Positions 38,570 through 47,910 of a stretch of DNA of 61,577 nucleotides are shown here, piece after piece. Position 1 is the first letter of the stretch. Each line of letters opens with the position of its first letter. Source of the DNA: a virus (lineage: Duplodnaviria > Caudoviricetes). The position numbers were made by a program, and so were the translations under genes. The stretch lies in the IMG/VR virus record IMGVR_UViG_3300043256_000467, positions 1-61,577 of that record; one strand, 5' to 3'. The notes below the pieces were generated by a model that worked only from the letters and a program-made list of their open reading frames with translations, made no database searches and had not been told where the DNA came from.

Positions 38570-38599
38570 ATTGTGCAGGAATCAGGGAGTAATTGTCAA
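38570..38599 (-). promoter_or_regulatory. Putative sigma70 promoter for the portal gene, lacking the palindrome
   Basis: TTGACA-18 nt-CACAAT; ATG follows about 10 nt later with no SD (near-leaderless). Confidence 0.5.
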
Positions 38600-38611
38600 G
38601 TGGCACTATAG

Positions 38612-38824
38612 TCACGAAGCATGGCGCAAGACGTTGAGTTCGACGTCAGCGTCCAATACCACTACCTTATTGCCAGGGAATAGTAGCTCTAGCTGCTCTC
38701 GGGTCATCTCTCGCATATCTTGACCGAGCCTTCGCTTCGTCTGAAATACCACGACATCGCTAGCCTTGAGCGAGAGCACCTGTCCCTCTGCGATCACCTT
38801 ACCATCGTCATCGATAATCTTCAT
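38612..38824 (-). CDS. Hypothetical protein
   Basis: 70-aa ORF with GGAGG RBS. Confidence 0.65.
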   Translation of the reverse strand: MKIIDDDGKVIAEGQVLSLKASDVVVFQTKRRLGQDMREMTREQLELLFPGNKVVVLDADVELNVLRHAS

Positions 38825-38851
38825 GTCAACTGGGGCCTCCCGCTATCACTC

Positions 38852-39175
38852 TTATGCACAGTGCTTCGGCACTACGGCGTAGCCCCCCTGCGTTGTAGGG
38901 TAATCGTGATCGCCAAGATACCCCTCGTCAGCACGTTCGCCACACTCCTTGCAGACGTAGGTGTAGCAGACGTGCCCATCCTCGATGCGGTAGAGGTAAG
39001 TCGTAGCGGAGGGCCGGATAGACTCGTCGTCCACGTCGAACTCTTCGGTCTCGTGCTGATCGTCCTCGCACCGGGTTCCTTCCGGTGGGGGAAGGGGGAT
39101 ACGCGCAGCGATCCATTCTTCCAAATCGTCGAATTCTTCCTGCGCTTTCTTGCCGATGTAGAAGCGTTTGGTCAT
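38852..39175 (-). CDS. Hypothetical acidic Zn-finger protein
   Basis: GGAGGAG RBS before MTKRFY; CKECG motif. Confidence 0.6.
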   Translation of the reverse strand: MTKRFYIGKKAQEEFDDLEEWIAARIPLPPPEGTRCEDDQHETEEFDVDDESIRPSATTYLYRIEDGHVCYTYVCKECGERADEGYLGDHDYPTTQGGYAVVPKHCA

Positions 39176-39530
39176 ATCTCCTCCCCTACTATCCAGCCTG
39201 ACAAAGGTGACGCGGGCACCTACTAGTGCAAGCATGAGGTGCCAAGTGCTCCTCGGGCAGCGCAGCATATGCGCAGCCTCCCTTTGCCTTAGGATGCTCC
39301 ACGCTAACTACCCACCAACCCAGGTGGATAGGAGGGATCTCGCGGTGTCTAGGAAAGTGGAGGATATCGAAGTCCACTTCGTGTGCCGGATGTAAGACGA
39401 CGCCTACAGCACCTACCGTCCAAGCATACCCATCCAGGTGATGCGCCAAGACCGTCACTAGATCGCCTGAGCTAATCACTCAGTTGCTCCCTCGCCGTTC
39501 GCCCCGCGCACTGGAACGCGGGTGCTTGGC

Positions 39531-39827
39531 TTAGCTTTGAGTGACGTACCCATCTGGTACTCTCTCTCGCGCATACCAGTGTCCCCAGGCAGCGAGCTTC
39601 GGCCCCGCTCGCACCAAACCTAGGGCCTTCGCCGCTCGTCGTTCCCAGTCGGCTGCTACCCAATGAGCGGGCAAGCTGCCCGTCGTAATTGCCCTTCCCT
39701 CTTCATTCCCAGCACAGGTAGTGCAGTAGAAGTACTCATCTGGCGGCTCGACATCGTAGCTATTGCCAAAGTCGGTTGCGGAATCAGAACCGTATGGGAC
39801 GAAACGCCCACAGATTGTACATCTCAT
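39531..39827 (-). CDS. Hypothetical Zn-finger protein
   Basis: CTICG...CTTC; GGAGG RBS. Confidence 0.6.
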   Translation of the reverse strand: MRCTICGRFVPYGSDSATDFGNSYDVEPPDEYFYCTTCAGNEEGRAITTGSLPAHWVAADWERRAAKALGLVRAGPKLAAWGHWYARERVPDGYVTQS

Positions 39828-39882
39828 TGCTTCCTCCCCCCTACCTCCTTGCTTCCTGTCCCAACCGGGATATCTGGGCTAA

Positions 39883-40299
39883 TCATCGCCCTCCTTCGTT
39901 CGGCCCCAGGATAGCGTCGGTTAGGTCTGTAAGAACCTCGCAAGGGACGCAACGTACGTCGATACCACTATCCCGCCAGAGTTGGTGGGTAGCAGCACAC
40001 ACCTCAGACTCTTCGTGCGTCTCCGTATCGTCAAGTAATAGCGCCCCCATCAGCCGCAGCAGGTGGCCTTTGGAGAGGGAAGCGAGGCGAGCGTTGCCCT
40101 CTGTGCGTATCCACCCCACGCCATACCCTTTGCCTGCCGGCAGCGCTGGAGCAGTTAGCGGTATCACAGAGAGAGATGGGGAGATTTCGGCGAGGCGTTC
40201 CAACGTGGTGCTAAAGTCAAGTGCTGCTTCCCACGATCCAGGACTTACCGCCTCGTCCCATTCCCTCAGCTTGGCTAAGGCATCATCTGTGCGGGTCAT
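39883..40299 (-). CDS. Hypothetical protein
   Basis: 138 aa; coupled (ATGA) to the upstream gene. Confidence 0.55.
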   Translation of the reverse strand: MTRTDDALAKLREWDEAVSPGSWEAALDFSTTLERLAEISPSLSVIPLTAPALPAGKGYGVGWIRTEGNARLASLSKGHLLRLMGALLLDDTETHEESEVCAATHQLWRDSGIDVRCVPCEVLTDLTDAILGPNEGGR

Positions 40300-40559
40300 C
40301 CCCGTACTCCTTGGAGCCGCTCCACATCAGCAACCCGCTCCCGAAAGACGTTGCAAATTAGTGGCCCCTTTTTGTCGAATAGCTGCATCATCGTTACACT
40401 GAAGAGAGATTGCTGGAAGCCATCGCTAGCATGAAAGAATGTGAACTCCGGAACAAGCGGCTCGCCTGGTCTTCCACAGAAAGTTACGCTCACGCCATAC
40501 CCAGTCTCCCCCAAAGGCCAGATAGCGTGCCCGTACATATCAGTTCTTCGAAGGTTCAT
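40296..40559 (-). CDS. Hypothetical protein
   Basis: 87 aa; ATGA overlaps at both ends. Confidence 0.55.
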   Translation of the reverse strand: MNLRRTDMYGHAIWPLGETGYGVSVTFCGRPGEPLVPEFTFFHASDGFQQSLFSVTMMQLFDKKGPLICNVFRERVADVERLQGVRG

Positions 40560-40942
40560 CCCGATGGCCTCGTCCTTAGTGCCGAGATCTCGTTCACACC
40601 CCAGCGTGCACCAGGAGCTGTCCTAGGCACTGGCCTCCCCTTGTCGTCCTCATGGATCACGTTGAGGGCGAGCGTCACCCGCACACCTTTGACCGTCGCC
40701 AGGGCAGTCATCGTCGACATCGCAGATCCTACATCCTTACCGACCGTGATAGTGAACGACTCTAGAGGACGAGCCTGGAACAGATTCTCGAGGTGCTGCA
40801 GGATAAGGAGGTTGCCGATACGCCGTGAGGTCTGTATGTGCGCGGCCATCTTCTGCCAGTCCTCATCGCGCCAGGCTTCGAGGAATGAGCGCGCTGCTTC
40901 GGTTGGGGAGTCTGGGTTCATCTGCTTATGGCTACCAAGCAT
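40556..40942 (-). CDS. Hypothetical protein (NTF2-like pattern)
   Basis: SPTEAARSFLEAWRDEDWQKM...WGVN pattern. Confidence 0.55.
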   Translation of the reverse strand: MLGSHKQMNPDSPTEAARSFLEAWRDEDWQKMAAHIQTSRRIGNLLILQHLENLFQARPLESFTITVGKDVGSAMSTMTALATVKGVRVTLALNVIHEDDKGRPVPRTAPGARWGVNEISALRTRPSG

Positions 40943-41213
40943 CCCCCTCGAAGAGATGCCAGACGAACGGCCCCTGAAAGCAGGAGCCGATATACTTCAG
41001 TCCATTCTCCGAGATAGGATGCCCCGTACCAGCAAGACGGAGGTGCCGGGGTTCTGGCGGCTTCTGAGGGTCTACTAGCGCCCAAAGCATTGGCTGTTCG
41101 CCCTGTGCGTCGAACCTCAGGATCTCAGCTCCTTCAGGCATAGGGATACTCTGCCGTTCCCGTAGCTCTACTGGATACTTCCAGATCACCTTGGTCGGCG
41201 GGTTCTCACTCAT
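40932..41213 (-). CDS. Conserved small phage protein (DUF7352-like)
   Basis: IWKYP...MPEGAEIL...LWALVD...GTGHP...YIGS...VWHLFE; first gene after promoter copy 3. Confidence 0.7.
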   Translation of the reverse strand: MSENPPTKVIWKYPVELRERQSIPMPEGAEILRFDAQGEQPMLWALVDPQKPPEPRHLRLAGTGHPISENGLKYIGSCFQGPFVWHLFEGDAW

Positions 41214-41239
41214 ATACTACCTCCGTTCCTCATGACTCA

Positions 41240-41268
41240 ATAGTATCAATGATTAATCAGTTTGTCAA
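41240..41268 (-). promoter_or_regulatory. Sigma70 promoter with TGATTAATCA palindrome (copy 3)
   Basis: TTGACA-AACTGATTAATCATTGA(17)-TACTAT, with extended -10 TGn. Confidence 0.85.
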
Positions 41269-41288
41269 GCCCTAGAGCGAGCAGCGCC

Positions 41289-41498
41289 TCAACTGCCTGC
41301 CCGTTCCTTGGCTGCCTTACGTGCGAACTGCCAGTTCGCCGGAGGGCTGGCTCCACTGTCGCTGTCTGAGAGGAAGGCCACGATGGAGTGGTCCGTGGAC
41401 TTAAGCGAAGGCCTCACCTGGATGCGGATCGACTCACCACCGTGCCTAATAGTAATGTAGTCCTCGAATCCCTTGGCCACTGTCAGAACTAATGCCAT
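41289..41498 (-). CDS. Small protein, weakly CsrA/RsmA-like
   Basis: MALVLTVAKG...ITI...IRIQV...PANWQFAR; 69 aa; AAGGAG RBS. Confidence 0.4.
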   Translation of the reverse strand: MALVLTVAKGFEDYITIRHGGESIRIQVRPSLKSTDHSIVAFLSDSDSGASPPANWQFARKAAKERAGS

Positions 41499-41730
41499 CT
41501 CCTTGCCTCCTCCAGAACTTCAGCGCAGGGCGCGGGGCAGTGGATGTAAGCGGCTGCCTTCTGGCCACGCCCATCGAAGCAGGCATACTTCGGAGGCTCT
41601 GTCCGCTGCTCCGCGCTCCACGCTGTAGTCCCCACGGTCGCGCACCTAAGCTGGCGCATCCCTGCGCCTATCCGGTTGCTGGTGGGATGCCCTAGAACGG
41701 GCAGAGGGCTTAGGTGCGCGACGGTAGGGG

Positions 41731-42036
41731 CTAGGCATGGCGGGCTTCTTCGGGCAACTCCTTGGTGCCCGGCACATCACCAGGCTGGCGGATGTCCTTC
41801 GAGCAGTAAGAGCAATGCGGCTCCGCCATGCCGTACATGAGCCACAGCTCTCGTAGCAGCCCTGAGTGCCCGTAGCGCCAGCAGAGAAGACGATTGAGCG
41901 GCCGCACCAACCAATCGTATAGCCAGTGAGGGAATCGGCTCGGCTCGTCTCGGAGAAGGTAGCTGATCGCCCAGCCCTTCTTTCCGTGACTGCGACGATG
42001 GAGGATTGGCACGAGACGTCCAAGTATGTCAGGCAT
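41731..42036 (-). CDS. Hypothetical protein with C-x3-GH...CxxC motif
   Basis: LLCWRYGH...HCSYC. Confidence 0.55.
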   Translation of the reverse strand: MPDILGRLVPILHRRSHGKKGWAISYLLRDEPSRFPHWLYDWLVRPLNRLLCWRYGHSGLLRELWLMYGMAEPHCSYCSKDIRQPGDVPGTKELPEEARHA

Positions 42037-42424
42037 CTTCTCTCTCTAGCATCTGGCGTTCTCGGCGCGAGAACTCGGCCTCGGCGGCATTCAACCTGTG
42101 ATAAGGGAAGCCGTGCCCCCAATCACTGATAACCGGCAGGGCGACATGCCCAGGCTGACCGCAATTGTGAGCGATAAAGCGTTCTCCGACCCAGACGCCA
42201 AAGTTGCCAGATGGCTCAAGGGTGCAGGCCGGGAGGCCGTGATACCCAGTCTCTCCAAGCACAAGTATCCGCCCCTCCCAATGAGCGCACCGCAGCACGA
42301 ACGGTGGGCAGCCGCAGCCGCAGCCGCAGCCGTCCCGCTCGGCCATGCGGATCACCTCTGCTGGGCTGACGCCTTCTGCTAGGGGCGGGCGGTGCATCCG
42401 AGTTAGCGGTGGCGTATCACTCAT
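42029..42424 (-). CDS. Hypothetical Cys-rich protein
   Basis: 131 aa; GGAG RBS; GCGCGCGC run. Confidence 0.55.
   Translation of the reverse strand: MSDTPPLTRMHRPPLAEGVSPAEVIRMAERDGCGCGCGCPPFVLRCAHWEGRILVLGETGYHGLPACTLEPSGNFGVWVGERFIAHNCGQPGHVALPVISDWGHGFPYHRLNAAEAEFSRRERQMLEREDA
42308..42331. repeat. (GCAGCC)4 hexamer repeat encoding (Gly-Cys)4
   Basis: gcagccgcagccgcagccgcagcc read directly. Confidence 0.85.
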
Positions 42425-42584
42425 AGTTCGCTCCTAGTTCTGCAGCGCAGGCGCCAGGGCGGGAGGAGGACACCCCTTCGGCGCTCCTCCCGTGATCCCT
42501 GGTGGCTGAGTTGCGGCCCAACTCTCAGCGCCCCGGCTGAGCAGGGGGCGGGGGAAGAACCCCGCCCAACCGAGGTACTGAGAG

Positions 42585-42974
42585 TTAGGGCGCATTGGGG
42601 ACTTTCTGCCCCAGAGCTTTGCGGAAGCGGCGGAAGAGGGTGTGGGCCTTCTCAGCCTTGACAACCTTGTGCATCCAATGGCTCTCGTTGGTTGCCGCAC
42701 CCATAAAGTCAGCCACAATCCATCCACCTTCGGCTTCGGTATATCTCGCCTTGAGTTCCTTTAGGCCGTCGAGGGCATCCCCCAGCGCCTCTACCAACTC
42801 CCCGACCACTGAGGCCTCTACGAACGGCCCGAGCTGCCAGAAGCCGTCAGCCCGCTTTGTCCACTTGCCAGCCTTGACGCCTCCACCTCGCCCATCCTCC
42901 ACCTCTACAAAGCGGCCAGCTTCGTGCTCGGATGGACCGTCGAGGATGATGTAGAACTCTTTCGGCTCAGCCAT
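42585..42974 (-). CDS. Hypothetical protein
   Basis: GAGGAGG RBS before MAEPKEF; DGPSEHEAGRFVEVED motif. Confidence 0.6.
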   Translation of the reverse strand: MAEPKEFYIILDGPSEHEAGRFVEVEDGRGGGVKAGKWTKRADGFWQLGPFVEASVVGELVEALGDALDGLKELKARYTEAEGGWIVADFMGAATNESHWMHKVVKAEKAHTLFRRFRKALGQKVPNAP

Positions 42975-42989
42975 GTCTATCCTCCTCAC

Positions 42990-43676
42990 TCACGCCCTTA
43001 CAGCAGTGCTCGTAGTACTCACCGCACGAACACCCGGGATGTCGAGCTTATCCTTGAACTCGCGGGCGAGAGCGTTGAGTGCCGGCATGTTCGGCTCGAC
43101 CAAGCGTGGACCTCCAGGGGTTTTGCCATCGGCACAGGCCTGGATCAGAGCCTGGATATCCGTGACCTCCGCACTCCACGTCGTCACCGTGTGGACACCA
43201 GCGACCTTCGTGGGCTCTGCGGCTTCTGCTGCGGTGACCTGCTCGGCTGTCGCTTCCAGCGCCTCTGCCTCTTCCTCGTTGCCGCGCTCACGCTGCTTGG
43301 CTGCTCGGGTTTCGAGACGCTCGCGGTCCTTGCGCGCCAGTTCGTCGAGTCGCTCCTGTATCTCAGCCTGCTTCCCTGCTTCCGCCTGGCTGAACGTCGC
43401 CATGGCGGCTCGCAGCGTTGCCTCGGCGCTCTCGAACCGTTCGGCGACCGGCTTGAAGAGCTCCATTACCGCCTTCTTGGCCGCGTCCATCGGCTGCGTG
43501 ACGTCCGTGCGCGTCTTCAGCAGGGCCTTCTTCGCAGTGACGATCTGCTTCAGCACAGCTCCGCTAGCCTGGAACCCGGCCGGCGAGGTGATGATGAGCG
43601 CCTGCGCAGACTGCAGGAGTGCCACCGCCTCCGTGTCAGCGTCTTTCGCCTTCTGCTCTATCTTGGCTAGTTCCAT
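42990..43676 (-). CDS. Long coiled-coil phage protein (Gam/Gp157-like architecture)
   Basis: Extended heptads followed by TWSAEVTD...IPGV C-terminus. Confidence 0.6.
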   Translation of the reverse strand: MELAKIEQKAKDADTEAVALLQSAQALIITSPAGFQASGAVLKQIVTAKKALLKTRTDVTQPMDAAKKAVMELFKPVAERFESAEATLRAAMATFSQAEAGKQAEIQERLDELARKDRERLETRAAKQRERGNEEEAEALEATAEQVTAAEAAEPTKVAGVHTVTTWSAEVTDIQALIQACADGKTPGGPRLVEPNMPALNALAREFKDKLDIPGVRAVSTTSTAVRA

Positions 43677-44005
43677 AGGTATGCTCCCTTCATTGCCCTA
43701 CGACGGTGAATCTCTGCAGCAAGCTCGTCCTCTGCCCGCTCAGCAGCAGCGATCTCCATCTCATAATAGTCCTGCGCCATCTCTCCCTGCGGCCCTGGCC
43801 CTAGGCAGAGGGCGCTCACGATCCTGCCCATCATCCGGTGAGCATTCTGCAAGTGGCTATCCGTCATATCGACCAGACGCCACTCCTTGCCAGAGCGATC
43901 CATCCAAGTAGGCTGGTCCGCGTCGAACTCCTCGGAGAGATCCGGCTTATCAGTATCGCATTCGCCACAGCATACGGGGCCATTTACTCTGAGTGTCACT
44001 TCCAT
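43667..44005 (-). CDS. Hypothetical protein
   Basis: 112 aa; W.D.SG...LVDMTDSHLQNA motif. Confidence 0.6.
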   Translation of the reverse strand: MEVTLRVNGPVCCGECDTDKPDLSEEFDADQPTWMDRSGKEWRLVDMTDSHLQNAHRMMGRIVSALCLGPGPQGEMAQDYYEMEIAAAERAEDELAAEIHRRRAMKGAYLWN

Positions 44006-44054
44006 ATCCTCTCTACCAGAAAGTCTAGTACTCCGGCAAGTAGACTATCGCCCC

Positions 44055-44333
44055 TCACGATGACCCCCCGTTCTTCGCCGCCTCGAAGATCGATTGTCCA
44101 TAGACAAAGCCAGGAAACGGCTGCGTAAAGCTACGATGCACTTCTTCTATTCGTTCTCTTGTCGCGCGCTCGGCACCATAAGTAATCAGGAACGCCCTGA
44201 TGCCATTATCCTTACCGCTGCCGCTCCCAATGAAATCTGCAAAGCCATCCATCTGCCACCCAGATATCTCTTCGCCCTCAACAGCATCCGCCAGCTTCCG
44301 TAGTGAGCTTACGAAGTCCTTTGTATCCACCAT
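44055..44333 (-). CDS. Hypothetical protein
   Basis: AAAGGAGG RBS; first gene after promoter copy 4. Confidence 0.55.
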   Translation of the reverse strand: MVDTKDFVSSLRKLADAVEGEEISGWQMDGFADFIGSGSGKDNGIRAFLITYGAERATRERIEEVHRSFTQPFPGFVYGQSIFEAAKNGGSS

Positions 44334-44424
44334 CACGCGCCTCCTTTCTCTGTAGAGGACGCTCCCACCTCCAACACAGGAGTAAGTTCCCACAGACCCC
44401 CATGAGGAGCGCCCTCTATACATC

Positions 44425-44453
44425 AGTGTATCAGATGATTAATCAGTTGTCAA
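44425..44453 (-). promoter_or_regulatory. Sigma70 promoter with TGATTAATCA palindrome (copy 4)
   Basis: TTGACA-ACTGATTAATCATCTGA(17)-TACACT. Confidence 0.87.
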
Positions 44454-44457
44454 GTGG

Positions 44458-44703
44458 TCAAGGAGTCCAGCGGCGAAAGGTTGGAGGGAGCATCTTACGC
44501 TCTACCACCTTCGTCTTCCTGCCTTGCTTCGGCCCAGGAACGTCGACACTTGGCAGACGATACCTAATGCCAGCAGCTTCGAGACCCTCTGAAGGTGACA
44601 GAGCAGGCCGACCGCAGTTGATGCACTTGAGCTCCAGGTCAGGGAGATACTCGTCAGGTTCCAGGAAGAGGCGGCCCCCACAATGCTTGCACTTCAAGTC
44701 CAT
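44458..44703 (-). CDS. Small Zn-ribbon protein
   Basis: CKHCGG...CINCGR. Confidence 0.65.
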   Translation of the reverse strand: MDLKCKHCGGRLFLEPDEYLPDLELKCINCGRPALSPSEGLEAAGIRYRLPSVDVPGPKQGRKTKVVERKMLPPTFRRWTP

Positions 44704-44787
44704 AACCCCACACGGTCCCGAAGTCTATTACCTCGACCTCATTCAACATAGCGGAGAAAATACGATGTCCCCTTCCACCTCTTTCGA

Positions 44788-45015
44788 TCACAGACTGTCG
44801 TCATTGGGATCGGGGGGTGGCGGTAACTCTTCGTCTATTGCAACTTCGACCATGAGCCTATCCCCATCCATCCATATTCTCGTAAGTCCTCCGCCTCCGC
44901 GTGCAAGGAAGCTTCCGAATAGCGCCGTGCTGGCCGCCATCTTTGTAAGAGTAGCACGAGTGAAGACTTCCCCATTCTCATCCGGTACACCAGCAACCTT
45001 TATTACCAGCTTCAT
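44788..45015 (-). CDS. Hypothetical protein
   Basis: 75 aa after TerL; GGAGG RBS. Confidence 0.5.
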   Translation of the reverse strand: MKLVIKVAGVPDENGEVFTRATLTKMAASTALFGSFLARGGGGLTRIWMDGDRLMVEVAIDEELPPPPDPNDDSL

Positions 45016-45033
45016 TCTTTTCTATCCCTCCTA

Positions 45034-46647
45034 CTAGAGCAAGAGATACAGACACTTCCTCGCCATCATCGAGGTTGCCACTGCAAGGTCTACCTTCCGC
45101 TCAGGTGCCTTCTTGACGATCCGGATCTTCCTGTCCTCCTTGGGGTCTAGCTTAGCAGCCGAGTTCTCGATGTGCTCTCGCAGGTAAGGATTACCGTCGT
45201 GGACGATGCGTCTATTAATGATAAGGTCACGGAGCTCTGAGTCAGCGATGAGCCGCTCCGCCTGCTGAGAGAAGGGATAGACGGGTGCAAGCCCTTCCTT
45301 GCGGAACGCCTGCATCATCGACTCTAGTTGGTATGGGTCGTAGGTCACGCAGACGACGTTGTGCGCTCCGACGGTAATGCCAGAGGCACAGGCATCGCAC
45401 GAGTCACGCTTATCGTCCCTGGCGTGCCCCGACGGACACCCACCAAGACACAGGAAGCGGAGGAACGACTCAGGCTCCGAGAGGTCGATCTGGCCGCCTC
45501 TTGGTGGCTTCCACTCCCTCACCCCGCGTATGACCACGGTGTTCTCGTGGCGCTCAGCGTCTGGATGCCGGCTACCAGATACGATGCCGAAGGAGTCGTT
45601 GGTCACAGCAGCGTCAAGGGCGACGACGATGGGCGTCTGGTCTACTCTGAGGTTGCCCGCCCCGTCGTACTCTACGAGCGCCGGCAAGTCCTCCTTACAG
45701 CGGTCCCACAGCTCTATCGGTACGAATGACATCTCGTCGTCTCCTGCTAGCGCGTCCTCCCAAGTCTCCGGTGCGAAATGCTTGAGCGCTTGGCGTGTGA
45801 GGGAGCCCTCCTGTATCGCATACCACTCAAGCGTGCGGCCTGGACGCTCAGCCCAAGGGACGAACAGAGGATATAGTGGCGATATCCCAGCCTGTGCCAT
45901 CTTCCAGAGCTTGGCTGCGAAGACGTGCTCGCCTTTGCCTCGGGTGACGACGTGACAAGAGCCCCCAGGCGCGACCGTCGAGTAAACTGCCGACCAGGTC
46001 TGCTCAGCGAACTGCATGATCGCCAGCTCGTCGACGTGAGCGTGCTGGCAGGTGTCGTCGACTGAGACGTTGGGGCCGGCAGCATAGGACACGACCGCTC
46101 GTAGGTCGTCTATGCCCAGGGAGAACTTGAGGCTGTGCGCCGACCTCCCCCCAGCCTCGTCAACGAGGAAGGTGGGGCGGAGCCACTGGGGGAGGTGGGA
46201 TAGGCCAAACTCGACGTAGCCAAGGAGCCTCTGAGAAGCCCTATCGTCACGAGAGAAGAGGTGGACACGGGCGTTGGGCGGGCCGCAGAGCGCGATCCAC
46301 CCATCGTAGGCACACCCAAGCTCTGTGAACCCCAGCTTACCAGCCTTGAGCGCGTAGAGGAATGGGTGCTCGATAGCTGCCTTCGCAAACTCCTCTTGCC
46401 CCGACCATAGTCCTCCTGGATGTTCGTCACCGTGTTCCGGGCAAGGACCGAACGTAAGCACCTCGCCGGTCTCTCGAGAGACGAAGTGCCAGTAGGAGAG
46501 GAAGGTCAGGAAGGACTGCTCGACTGATCGACGCTTGCGGAGTAGCTGTACTTGCTCAAGGAGCAGCCCCCGCGACCCAGCATCGAGAGCCTCAACCCGC
46601 TGGGTCTTGGTCTTTGTCTTGGTGTCAACCTTCGCCACCATCGTCAA
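45034..46647 (-). CDS. terL: Terminase large subunit
   Basis: LWSGQ, LKAGKLGFT (KxRQxG-type Walker A variant), HVDELA, nuclease ALDAAVTNDS, YDPYQ, KVDLAVA. Confidence 0.9.
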   Translation of the reverse strand: MTMVAKVDTKTKTKTQRVEALDAGSRGLLLEQVQLLRKRRSVEQSFLTFLSYWHFVSRETGEVLTFGPCPEHGDEHPGGLWSGQEEFAKAAIEHPFLYALKAGKLGFTELGCAYDGWIALCGPPNARVHLFSRDDRASQRLLGYVEFGLSHLPQWLRPTFLVDEAGGRSAHSLKFSLGIDDLRAVVSYAAGPNVSVDDTCQHAHVDELAIMQFAEQTWSAVYSTVAPGGSCHVVTRGKGEHVFAAKLWKMAQAGISPLYPLFVPWAERPGRTLEWYAIQEGSLTRQALKHFAPETWEDALAGDDEMSFVPIELWDRCKEDLPALVEYDGAGNLRVDQTPIVVALDAAVTNDSFGIVSGSRHPDAERHENTVVIRGVREWKPPRGGQIDLSEPESFLRFLCLGGCPSGHARDDKRDSCDACASGITVGAHNVVCVTYDPYQLESMMQAFRKEGLAPVYPFSQQAERLIADSELRDLIINRRIVHDGNPYLREHIENSAAKLDPKEDRKIRIVKKAPERKVDLAVATSMMARKCLYLLL

Positions 46648-47186
46648 TTCCTCCGCTTCGGCGGTAGCCCACCTTCCTTGATAATATACCCAGGATCTCG
46701 GCGCGAGGGGGCAGGTGGTGGCGGAGGTGGCGCTTGGCTCCGTGTTGGGCCAGGCTTCGTGCCAGACTTCAGTACACTCTCGGGTGCCGGAGGTAGCGGC
46801 TCTGGTGGCCTTCGCCCACCACCCTCAGATTGCCCTTTAGTGATCGGCCCCAGACCTGGAGGTGATCCAGCCTCCAGCAGGGCATCGATATGTGCCCAAG
46901 GACGGTAAGACAACCAGAGCAGCGGCCCCCTAATCGGCCACGGCGCCTTCCACCACCACGCCCAGCGTTTTCGTTCACCCTTCCCGTTAAGAATGCGGAC
47001 CCAGTTATAGCCACATTCCAAGCATTCGTTGTACCAAGGTGGAGGTGAATTGGAAGGGCAGTCCTGCCAGTGGCGGTGGATGCTTAGCCGACAGAAAAGT
47101 GGCCTGTGGACGTAGCGATCACGGCTCGTATGGTGGCGACATCCTTCGTATTTGCACACCGCTTTACCCTCCTCCTCACTCGCCAA
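46644..47186 (-). CDS. Hypothetical Cys/His- and Pro-rich protein
   Basis: Overlaps both neighbours; CRLSIHRH...CLECG. Confidence 0.5.
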   Translation of the reverse strand: MASEEEGKAVCKYEGCRHHTSRDRYVHRPLFCRLSIHRHWQDCPSNSPPPWYNECLECGYNWVRILNGKGERKRWAWWWKAPWPIRGPLLWLSYRPWAHIDALLEAGSPPGLGPITKGQSEGGGRRPPEPLPPAPESVLKSGTKPGPTRSQAPPPPPPAPSRRDPGYIIKEGGLPPKRRN

Positions 47187-47433
47187 GAGCTTCTACCTTC
47201 TCTGTGAACGCACGCAGGACTTCTGGCACAGGCGTGTATTCCCCGTTGTACTCAGGCGAGTTGTAGAATAGCTCCCACAGCGCCTTCGCCAGCGCCACCT
47301 CGGTGCGCGTAATCCACCCATGCGGCGGTGCTCCCACTACAACGGTCATAGCTCCAAAGCGCCCCTCCGCCTTCTCTATCGCCTGAGGGATGCGCTCGAC
47401 CCAGGGCTTCATCGTCTTAGTGCTAGCCATCAT
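47176..47433 (-). CDS. Hypothetical protein
   Basis: GAGGAGG RBS; ATGA overlap. Confidence 0.55.
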   Translation of the reverse strand: MMASTKTMKPWVERIPQAIEKAEGRFGAMTVVVGAPPHGWITRTEVALAKALWELFYNSPEYNGEYTPVPEVLRAFTEKVEALGE

Positions 47434-47744
47434 ACCTCCTCGCCTCGAAGTTCCCGCGCTAGTGCTGCGAACGCTTCTATCGCTCCCACGGAGGTCATGC
47501 CGAGCTGCGCGATGGCCGTAAGGTTCTTCCCGATGCGTTGGGCCTCATCTGGATGGCGCTCAGCCCAGCGAGCAAGGGCAGCTTCAGCCTCTTTGCGATG
47601 ACGGCGGGCAGCCCATCGACGGACCTTCCGTGTCCATGGCCAGCCGTAGGCACTCCAGTATCCGATTAGGGCGCCAAGCTGCCAGCCAAGGAAGAGTGCT
47701 GCGGCTATCCAGACATAGAGTAGAAGTATTTCTGCTGCGGTCAT
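47430..47744 (-). CDS. Hypothetical membrane protein
   Basis: N-terminal TM helix; AGGAG RBS. Confidence 0.6.
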   Translation of the reverse strand: MTAAEILLLYVWIAAALFLGWQLGALIGYWSAYGWPWTRKVRRWAARRHRKEAEAALARWAERHPDEAQRIGKNLTAIAQLGMTSVGAIEAFAALARELRGEEV

Positions 47745-47910
47745 GACTGCACTCCTAACTTATCGCGCTCACGCGTAGGCCTGCCGGCGCGCCAATGTGT
47801 CCTCATCCCACCACTCCTGCAGGCGCAATGCTGCCCGCCGCAGCTCGAGCATACCTGCAGATGCCAGCGGCACTCGACGCAGCGCCCGTCGTCGGTTAGC
47901 TCACTCCGCT

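Noticed and set aside
45034-46647. Intein or intron in TerL (or in PolA)
   Set aside because: ORFs are continuous and of normal size; the inserts are short Cys-rich loops without intein splice motifs or a homing endonuclease.
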